From Candidatus Magasanikiibacteriota bacterium (GTDB taxonomy: Bacteria > Patescibacteriota > Patescibacteriia > Magasanikbacterales > UBA922): a stretch of DNA of 64,000 nt. Position numbers and translations under genes: made by a program. The notes under the pieces were generated by a model. The model was not told the origin of the DNA, ran no database searches, and saw nothing but the letters and a program-made list of their open reading frames with translations. Shown here one piece after another: positions 56,962 through 64,000 of the stretch. The first letter of the stretch is position 1. The number at the start of each line of letters is the position of its first letter. The stretch spans positions 816,064 through 880,063 of the forward strand of contig JAKITS010000001.1 in the NCBI GenBank assembly GCA_021648085.1, written 5' to 3'.

Positions 56962-58080
56962 ATGAAGAAGAAGCACCATAAAAAACATAAAATAATAAAA
57001 AAATCTAAAAAAAAGCAGAACCTGCTTTGGAATAGAATATCTGTAAATTTAAAACATACAGAATTGATGCTATTTACAAAATACCTTAATGTTTTGTTGG
57101 GTTCTGGTCTTACTTTAGATGAAGCGTTGGATATTTTGGTGGATCAATCATCTGGTTCTTTAAAAAAGATTTTAAAAAGCCTTCAAGGAAATATAAGAAA
57201 AGGTGGAACTTTATCTGCTGGTTTAGAAAATTATCCTCATATATTTTCTTCTGTATTTATAAATTTAATTAAAGCTGGAGAAAGCTCTGGTACATTGCAA
57301 AATAATTTAGAAAATTTAACGCTTCAAATGGAAAAGGAGTATGAACTTAGAAAAAAGGTTAAAGGTGCACTTGTTTATCCGGTGGTTGTGCTTTCTGTTG
57401 CTGTAATAGTAATGGTTGGAATTATAATCTTTGTAATGCCTGGGCTTGTGGAGCTTTTTTATTCTTTAAAAATAGAATTACCAGCAACAACAAAAGGTTT
57501 GCTTTGGGTATCTGAATTATTTAGAGACGATTATCTTACTGTTATTGCTTTTTCGATAACATTGTTTATTTTTTTATCTGTATTGAAAAAATTAAAATTT
57601 GTAAAACCTATTTTACACTGGATTTTATTGCGTTTACCTGTCGCAGGTAAGCTTTCTAGAGATACAAACTTAGCAAGGTTGACAAGACTAATGGGCACTA
57701 TGCTGAAAAGTGGCATGACTTTAAAAGAAGTCTTGTCTATATCTTCTCAGGTTTTACAAAATGTAAGGTATAAAAAAGTAATGAAAAGAGTTGGGAAAGA
57801 GGTTGCAAGAGGGGGAACTATAAGTGGAGTTCTTGAAAAACATAAAAAAATGTTTCCAATTTTAGCAACAAGGCTTATTAAAGTTGGAGAAGAGACAGGA
57901 ACATTGGATAAAATGTTAGTATATGTTGCCGAATTTTATGAACAAGAAATTGATGGAACAACAAAAAATTTATCTACACTTTTAGAACCTTTTGTTATAC
58001 TTTTGATAGGAGGGGTTGTGGCACTTCTAGCTTCTTCTATTATTACACCAATTTATAAGATAATAGGTTCTGTAGGTTAA
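56962..58080 (+). CDS. pilC: type IV pilus / T2SS platform protein (PilC/GspF family)
   Basis: 372 aa; duplicated GspF domains, 3 TM, LIKAGESSGTL and VGEETGTLD motifs. Confidence 0.85.
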   Translation: MKKKHHKKHKIIKKSKKKQNLLWNRISVNLKHTELMLFTKYLNVLLGSGLTLDEALDILVDQSSGSLKKILKSLQGNIRKGGTLSAGLENYPHIFSSVFINLIKAGESSGTLQNNLENLTLQMEKEYELRKKVKGALVYPVVVLSVAVIVMVGIIIFVMPGLVELFYSLKIELPATTKGLLWVSELFRDDYLTVIAFSITLFIFLSVLKKLKFVKPILHWILLRLPVAGKLSRDTNLARLTRLMGTMLKSGMTLKEVLSISSQVLQNVRYKKVMKRVGKEVARGGTISGVLEKHKKMFPILATRLIKVGEETGTLDKMLVYVAEFYEQEIDGTTKNLSTLLEPFVILLIGGVVALLASSIITPIYKIIGSVG

Positions 58081-58083
58081 TAA

Positions 58084-58572
58084 ATGAAACAAAAAGGTTT
58101 TACAACAATAGAGATTATAGTAGCAATGAGTATATTTTTAATAATTTCCGCTGCTAGTTTTGGTATTTATACAAACTTTCAAAATGTTATTGCAGAAACT
58201 GGATTAAAAGAGGTTGGTTCGGTTATTAATTCTGCTGCAAACAAAGCTAGAAACGGACTTTTTGGCACTTCTTGGGGAATATATTTTCCTTATGATGAAG
58301 TGACTAGAAAAACAGAAACTGCTGTAATTTTTTCTGGCGATAGTTATGGTGCTAGGGACACATCAAAAGATATAAATATAAAATTTACAAAAGCAATAGA
58401 ATTTATAAATATGTCTGTGAGTGGTTCTGGTAGTTCAAGTGGCAATGATCACGAAATTGTATTTTTACCTTTTTCCGCAGATACTAGTCAGTACGGAGAG
58501 ATATTAGTGCAATCTTTTGGTGCAACCTCAACCATTATTGTATCAAAAGATGGGTTTATTACTTGGAAGTAG
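58084..58572 (+). CDS. type IV pilin / pseudopilin (prepilin N-terminal motif GFTTIEIIVAM)
   Basis: 162 aa; class III signal peptide MKQKGFTTIE with Glu+5, hydrophobic alpha1 helix. Confidence 0.7.
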   Translation: MKQKGFTTIEIIVAMSIFLIISAASFGIYTNFQNVIAETGLKEVGSVINSAANKARNGLFGTSWGIYFPYDEVTRKTETAVIFSGDSYGARDTSKDINIKFTKAIEFINMSVSGSGSSSGNDHEIVFLPFSADTSQYGEILVQSFGATSTIIVSKDGFITWK

Positions 58573-58573
58573 T

Positions 58574-59458
58574 ATGATTTTAAAAAATAAAAAAGGATTT
58601 TCAGTTCTAGAGCCTCTTTTAACAATAGGTTTAATGGCTATAATTTTTCTTTCCCTCTCTAGTTTGTTGGTAGTGAGTAGTTTTGATAGTTATAAAAATA
58701 CAGATTTTCAAGAAGGTTTATGGCTTGCACAAGAAGGTGTCTCTGCTATAAAAACTATGACATTTAGTGATTTATTTGAGACTGCGAGTGGTAGTTTACA
58801 TTTTGTGACTAGTTCACAAGAGGTTGGCAGTTGGCAATTACTAGAAAATGGTCCAGAAAATACAGGAAAGTTTACAAGAGAAATTTTGGTAAGTAGTATA
58901 AGACGAAGCGCAAGTTGTGGTATAAGTGAAAATCAAGCAGATACAATAGATCTGGATACTTTTAAAATAGAAAGTAATGTGACTTGGCAAGACACAAATG
59001 GAGAAATGCGAGATGTTTCTCTTGAAAGTTTTAGAACAAATTGGCAAAACCCAAGTGGAAGCTGTTTTGTGGTGAATGATTCTTGTTTGTCTGTAGATAT
59101 TTCATCGGCTTCTTGGTCTGGAGGAAAACAGTTGAGAGATGTGTACTTTACAAATATATGTGAAGACGATTTTGATATTGATAGTATAATTTTTACTTGG
59201 GATTATAATACAGAAATAACACAAGTATTTTTGGATAATCACAAAATTTGGTCTAGCTCTGGCCCAGGCTCTCCTTCCGGCTATCAAACAAGTGGTACAG
59301 AGCTTTTTGTACATCATGCAGAGGTTGATGGTGAAGATACAGTAGAGCTACATAAAACTCAATTTACACAAAATATGGAAGGTTCTACTATCTCAATAAC
59401 TGTTTATTTAGAAGATGGTACTTCTGTGAGTACTGGAATTTTTACTCCTTCTTATTAG
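58574..59458 (+). CDS. pilin-like protein (prepilin-like N-terminus KGFSVLEPLL)
   Basis: start set at ATG 58574 right after previous stop; N-terminal GFSVLE + hydrophobic helix; large Ser/Thr-rich globular part. Confidence 0.55.
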   Translation: MILKNKKGFSVLEPLLTIGLMAIIFLSLSSLLVVSSFDSYKNTDFQEGLWLAQEGVSAIKTMTFSDLFETASGSLHFVTSSQEVGSWQLLENGPENTGKFTREILVSSIRRSASCGISENQADTIDLDTFKIESNVTWQDTNGEMRDVSLESFRTNWQNPSGSCFVVNDSCLSVDISSASWSGGKQLRDVYFTNICEDDFDIDSIIFTWDYNTEITQVFLDNHKIWSSSGPGSPSGYQTSGTELFVHHAEVDGEDTVELHKTQFTQNMEGSTISITVYLEDGTSVSTGIFTPSY

Positions 59459-59459
59459 T

Positions 59460-60020
59460 ATGAGAAAGCAAAACGGAATTACACTCGTGGGAACCCTTGT
59501 TTACATAGCTTTACTGGCTATAATTTTACCTGCTTTAGTTATGTTTTTTTTGGGAACTACTGCAAATTATTCAAAATTAGACACAAAATCTAGAATAATA
59601 AATTCTGCTTCTGTAATTTTCTCCAGAGTTCATTATGAGTTTAATAATGCAACAGCTTTTAGTATAACAAGCTCTACTTTGGGAGTGGATGAGAGTAGAT
59701 TATTTTTTCAAAATAAAAATGGAAATAGTTTTATTTTGGAAAGTGTCTCAACAACAGCATTATTTGCAGATACACAGCAAAATATAAACAGATTGCGTCT
59801 TGTAAACCAAAGCAGTAGCACACAAAGTTGGCTAACAGATCCAGATTTAAATATAGATAAGTGGAACATACACGCAGTTAGAGATAGTGTTGGCACACTA
59901 ACAGGGTTGCGCGTAGAATTGAAAATAGAAGGTCCTACGGTTTCAGAAGAAGGTTTTAATTCAAATAGTTTTAATGTTTCAACTACAATAAATTTTAATT
60001 CTAGTATTTTAGAAATTTAG
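59460..60020 (+). CDS. pilin-like / minor pseudopilin
   Basis: 186 aa; N-term MRKQNGITLVGTLVYIALLAIIL hydrophobic prepilin-like helix. Confidence 0.45.
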   Translation: MRKQNGITLVGTLVYIALLAIILPALVMFFLGTTANYSKLDTKSRIINSASVIFSRVHYEFNNATAFSITSSTLGVDESRLFFQNKNGNSFILESVSTTALFADTQQNINRLRLVNQSSSTQSWLTDPDLNIDKWNIHAVRDSVGTLTGLRVELKIEGPTVSEEGFNSNSFNVSTTINFNSSILEI

Positions 60021-60021
60021 T

Positions 60022-60408
60022 ATGACTATAATAAAAAATGATAAAGGAGTTGTAATGATACTTCTTTTGGTTGTTATAGGCATTACTTCGTTTATTTTTT
60101 TCTTTGGTTTTGCCAGAACTAGTCTTATGACTGTTTTGGATTTAGATGAGCAAATTATAGCAGTACAAACGAAAGAAAGATTAACTGCTTGTGTGGACGA
60201 GGTTTTAATAAGATTGCAAAACGATAGTACATTTAACACAACTACAATAAATATGGTATCATATAATTGTGGAGTAAATATATCTGGAAATGTATCAAAT
60301 ACTACTGTAAATGTATCTACAACTTACAAAAACATAGAAAGGGGGATTGAGCTGAATTTAACATTAGATCCTGTTGTAATCCAAAGCTTAGAAGAGAGGC
60401 TAAATTAG
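60022..60408 (+). CDS. pilin-like / minor pseudopilin
   Basis: 128 aa; N-terminal hydrophobic helix; Asn/Thr-rich; last gene of operon, terminator 60487-60517. Confidence 0.4.
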   Translation: MTIIKNDKGVVMILLLVVIGITSFIFFFGFARTSLMTVLDLDEQIIAVQTKERLTACVDEVLIRLQNDSTFNTTTINMVSYNCGVNISGNVSNTTVNVSTTYKNIERGIELNLTLDPVVIQSLEERLN

Positions 60409-60532
60409 AACTTTTTAGAGTAATAGTTGCCAAACTGTAAAAGGTGAACTGTATATTCTTAGAAGGAATTTCGCTTTTTAGAGCGTAAAAAAATCGTGGG
60501 ATAACCGCGATTTTTTTATTGGTAATATCTTG

Positions 60533-62689
60533 TTATTTTGAAGGTATCTCTAATATAAAAGTGGCACCTTTCCTTTTTTTTGTTTTAGCTTTGCACCACA
60601 GCTGACCTTTATGTTTTTTTGCAAATTTACGACTTATAAATAAATCAACACCTAACCCTTCTGGTTTTATTTTTTTAATTTCATTTCCTCTAAAGAATTT
60701 TTCAAAAATTAATTCTTTGTTTTTTGTAGATACTCCAACACCTTCGTCTTCCACTGAAACAGTAAATTTGTCTGTCCGAACATTTAATGATGGATGTATG
60801 ATAATAGTACTTTTTTTTGGGCTATAATCTACAGCATTGGAAATGAGTGTTTCTAGAATTTGTTGTATTTTTTTTGTATCACAGTTTATGGTAATTTCTT
60901 TTTGACTAGATTTTATTTTAATTTTTATACCTTTTTTCTCTATGTCTTCTTCTACTTTTTCTAATGCTGGTGTCAGTAGATTTTTAAAGAAATCATTTGG
61001 ATCTTTTTTGATAGCTACTTTTTTTTCTGATATTTCGAGTGATGTAAAAAGTGAATTTAAACCATTATTTAAAGATTTTAGTTTGTAGTGAATTCCACTT
61101 GTGTGAGAGCTGATTTTTTTACTTATTTTTCCAACATCTCCATCTAATAAAATTTCCAAATCCCAAAGAGCCGAAGAAAGCGGTGTACGAAGGTGAAGAG
61201 ACAAAACATTTATAAATTCAGTTTTAATTTTATCTGTTTCTTGAAGTTTTCTCAAGGCTTCTGAGTGTTCAATTGGGTAAACAACTTCTTTTGAAATCTG
61301 GTCTATTAGTCGGATATCTTTATCATAAAAAGGATCATCAGACTTCTTTTTTCCTATAATTAATATAGCGATCAATTTTTTGTCTTTGTGAGAATAAATA
61401 GGGGAAATAACTTCAAACTTAGACTTATTCATAGCTTTTTTAAAGTGAATAAGTTTTTTTCTTTGTCCATTTGTAAAAATACGAGTATGGCTTACTAAAT
61501 AGTCCAGATGGTCTTTAAAAATAACACTTGTATTTTTGTCTATAAAAGCCTCTTTGTTTTTGTGGTCTGATATATACTCTACTAAGTCCTTATGTTTTTC
61601 AATTTTTATTTTATTTTTATCTCCAAAAACTTTTGCAGTATGAAATTTCTTGTAAACAGCACTCCCAAGTATAAAGGTGACATCATCTGTTTGGAGTTTG
61701 TCTTTAATTTTTTGTGCAGTATCTGTAAGTAAGTTTTTCAAATTGTGTTTTGATATTAGAAGATTATTAAATTCTTCTAGTGCAGAGCGTAAGTGGTATT
61801 GTCTTTTGAAAAATATCTTGTTTGTAATCCTCTCTAAAGAGTTTTTGAAAGGTGTAAAACCAATTGTAATTATAAAAGCTGCCAAAACAAGTGCATAAGT
61901 TTGCCCAATAAACTCTCCGGCAAAAAGCATGCTTGCAATAAATAGTGTGGCTACAACTACAAAAGTTGCAGAAAATATAAAACCTCTTTTTATAATAACC
62001 TCTATATCCAAAAATCTATGTTTTACAATAGCATAACCAATGATTAAAAGCATTGGGAAAGAGAATAAAGGTCCTATATTATTATAGTGAAAATTATTAA
62101 ATAAAATCGGTAAAAATAGATTTGTTATAAGTATTGGTATTACCAATATGGAAAAACCTATTGTTGTATATGCTAGTTTAATTTTTTCTATTTTTTTAGA
62201 ATTTATAACTTTTATAATTAAAATTATAAGAGTTATTATAATAATTGTTGGGTAATAAAAAGTAAAAAAATTAATTAAAGGCCCCAAGGTTCCATTTATG
62301 GATCCATTAATAATAATAACACTATTTGTAATTAATAGGGGTGTTAATGTTAAAATAAATAAAACTAAACTTACAATAATATAAAATAAATTAAATAATT
62401 TATTTTTTGGTTTTGTTTTTGGATATATTAAAGAAAAATATAAAAAAACATTAACTAAAATTAAAGAAAAAGAAAAAGCGAGCCTACTCCACCAAAGTTG
62501 AAGTGTAGGCCCGCCTATTGCAGTAATTGTAAAAAAAAGAGAAATATTCCAAAACGCTAAACTAAAAGCATAAGTTGCAAATAGTTTATTTAAAATATTT
62601 TTTTTATTATTAAATAGTATTTTTAAACCTAATAATATATTTAAAGAAAAAACAATTAAATATAAAATTGAAAATGAATTATAAATCAT
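60533..62689 (-). CDS. sensor histidine kinase with N-terminal 7-8 TM sensor domain
   Basis: 718 aa; polytopic N-half, H-box LSLHLRTPLSS, HATPase_c motifs (N box LISNAVDYS, G boxes DEGVGV, GLGVDL). Confidence 0.8.
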   Translation of the reverse strand: MIYNSFSILYLIVFSLNILLGLKILFNNKKNILNKLFATYAFSLAFWNISLFFTITAIGGPTLQLWWSRLAFSFSLILVNVFLYFSLIYPKTKPKNKLFNLFYIIVSLVLFILTLTPLLITNSVIIINGSINGTLGPLINFFTFYYPTIIIITLIILIIKVINSKKIEKIKLAYTTIGFSILVIPILITNLFLPILFNNFHYNNIGPLFSFPMLLIIGYAIVKHRFLDIEVIIKRGFIFSATFVVVATLFIASMLFAGEFIGQTYALVLAAFIITIGFTPFKNSLERITNKIFFKRQYHLRSALEEFNNLLISKHNLKNLLTDTAQKIKDKLQTDDVTFILGSAVYKKFHTAKVFGDKNKIKIEKHKDLVEYISDHKNKEAFIDKNTSVIFKDHLDYLVSHTRIFTNGQRKKLIHFKKAMNKSKFEVISPIYSHKDKKLIAILIIGKKKSDDPFYDKDIRLIDQISKEVVYPIEHSEALRKLQETDKIKTEFINVLSLHLRTPLSSALWDLEILLDGDVGKISKKISSHTSGIHYKLKSLNNGLNSLFTSLEISEKKVAIKKDPNDFFKNLLTPALEKVEEDIEKKGIKIKIKSSQKEITINCDTKKIQQILETLISNAVDYSPKKSTIIIHPSLNVRTDKFTVSVEDEGVGVSTKNKELIFEKFFRGNEIKKIKPEGLGVDLFISRKFAKKHKGQLWCKAKTKKRKGATFILEIPSK

Positions 62690-63983
62690 AATTTAAATTA
62701 AAATATATTTTATCTTTAAAAAAAATACTACCAGGAGCAGAAAATGTACCGTGATATTCTTTATATGATTCCCAAATTTTAATATTACAAGTTTTAGATA
62801 TTTCTAACCAATATTTTTTTTGACAAACAGCTATCCAATATTTTGTATAGATTTTCTTTTTTGTGGTTATTAATGAAAATGCTGTTATTAAAATACCTAA
62901 ATTTGTAGTTCTTTTTATTTTTGCGACTGACAATCTAGATAATTCCAGTGTTTTCATTCTTGCTATTTCTTGAAATTTTGGTAATTCAAACTCCTCTTCC
63001 AATAAAAATCCTCTTGGAGTATTTGGAATTAGCCTAATACACCCTATTATACCACAATTATTCTTTGCAAAAAAATGATAAGAATATTGATCAAACCAGT
63101 CTATTTCTATTTTGTCTGGATAATCTTTTGGGTCTAAACTTTTTATTTCTTCACAATATACTTCATATCTTAATTTTTGGGTTTCAATTATTTCTTCTGG
63201 AGTTTGTGCTCTACGAATAAGAATTTCTTCCCCACCTTTTGTAATTATTTGACCCGTGTCTTTTTGGCAACTAAATAAAATACAAGTATCACCATACAAA
63301 ACTTCAAAATTTAAAATTATAAAACCTACATTTTTAAGAATTTCTTCTAGTTTTTTAGGTTCAATAAAGTGTACTGTACTTCCTTTTTTTGCAGCTTTTG
63401 CAATAACTAAGTTTATCATCATAAGTAAGACTGACAAAGGAAAAATACAAAAAAATAATAGTCCTGCTTTCCAATCTCTCTCTTTTTTAATCAATTGTAA
63501 ATGTTCATTTAGAATATTTTGTGGTTTTGGATTAAAAGGATTAACTAATACTAAAATACCACCGTCTTCTAATTTTTTATACCAATTTTCTATGACTTCT
63601 TCTGGATTTTTTGTTGTATAAAGCGAGTTTGAAGATATTATGCGGTCAAAAGATCTTTTATTTTTCGCTTCATTTTCAGTTCTTTTTTTTTCAAAATTTA
63701 CATTACTAAATTTTTTCAATTTTCTCCTTGCTTTTCCAAGCATTATAGAAGAGATATCGATTCCAAAAATTTTTATATTATAAGGTAAATCCTTCGAAGA
63801 AACCACTTCTTTTATTGAGTTTCCTGTTCCACATCCAGAATCTAAAATATCTAAGTGTGGAATAAGTCTCAACTCTTCCAAAATTCTCTTTTGTAAATAT
63901 TTGTAAGGTTTTAAAAATCTCACAATATCATACAAAATTGCATAGAATTGCCAAAAGAACTTTTTCATTACTTTTTCCTCCAA
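62679..63983 (-). CDS. fusion protein: class I SAM-dependent methyltransferase + TM segment + Acetyltransf_5-like N-acyl amino acid synthase (OlsB/FeeM/LuxI-fold GNAT) domain
   Basis: 434 aa; MTase motif I ILDSGCGTGN plus post-I acidic and motif II; central hydrophobic helix; C-term RRAQTPEEIIETQKLRYEVYCEEI...DWFDQYSYHFF...IIGCIRLIP matches Acetyltransf_5 signature; overlaps HK start by 11 nt. Confidence 0.55.
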   Translation of the reverse strand: MEEKVMKKFFWQFYAILYDIVRFLKPYKYLQKRILEELRLIPHLDILDSGCGTGNSIKEVVSSKDLPYNIKIFGIDISSIMLGKARRKLKKFSNVNFEKKRTENEAKNKRSFDRIISSNSLYTTKNPEEVIENWYKKLEDGGILVLVNPFNPKPQNILNEHLQLIKKERDWKAGLLFFCIFPLSVLLMMINLVIAKAAKKGSTVHFIEPKKLEEILKNVGFIILNFEVLYGDTCILFSCQKDTGQIITKGGEEILIRRAQTPEEIIETQKLRYEVYCEEIKSLDPKDYPDKIEIDWFDQYSYHFFAKNNCGIIGCIRLIPNTPRGFLLEEEFELPKFQEIARMKTLELSRLSVAKIKRTTNLGILITAFSLITTKKKIYTKYWIAVCQKKYWLEISKTCNIKIWESYKEYHGTFSAPGSIFFKDKIYFNLNYDL

Positions 63984-64000
63984 ATTACCCCCACGTTAAT

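Overview
AT-rich (~30% GC) bacterial chromosomal window. Standard genetic code (no in-frame TGA needed). No rRNA, CRISPR array or intact IS/transposase found.

Core genes: a classic replication-origin neighbourhood (rpmH-rnpA-yidD divergent from dnaA-dnaN, with DnaA-box clusters), plus polA, holA, rpsT, a class A PBP, trigger factor, comM/yifB, lspA, dksA-like, class Ia RNR (nrdA, nrdB), ruvB, efp-epmA, pyrD, seven tRNAs and a tRNA-Gly fragment.

A translationally coupled purine de novo operon with unusual gene fusions: purL, purM, purQ-purS-purC-purE (class II PurE), purF-purD and purN-purH.

A type IV pilus/competence-like operon (pilB, pilC, four prepilin-like genes), a polytopic sensor histidine kinase co-operonic with a methyltransferase/N-acyl-amino-acid-synthase (Acetyltransf_5-like) fusion, and an island of small hypothetical membrane/Cys-rich ORFs.

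The most striking non-genic signal is a large family of composite MITE-like inverted-repeat elements (core ACGTCATCCTGAGCGAAGTCGAAGGATCTCG / CGAGATATTTCGACTCCACTTCGTTCCGCTCAATATGACGT) at 14 intergenic loci, including 600-bp arrays. A second short repeat family (TTGATGAATCGCTTCGCTTG-like) also occurs. A second perfect DnaA-box cluster lies 11 kb from dnaA. A Patescibacteria-like lineage is only a weak inference.
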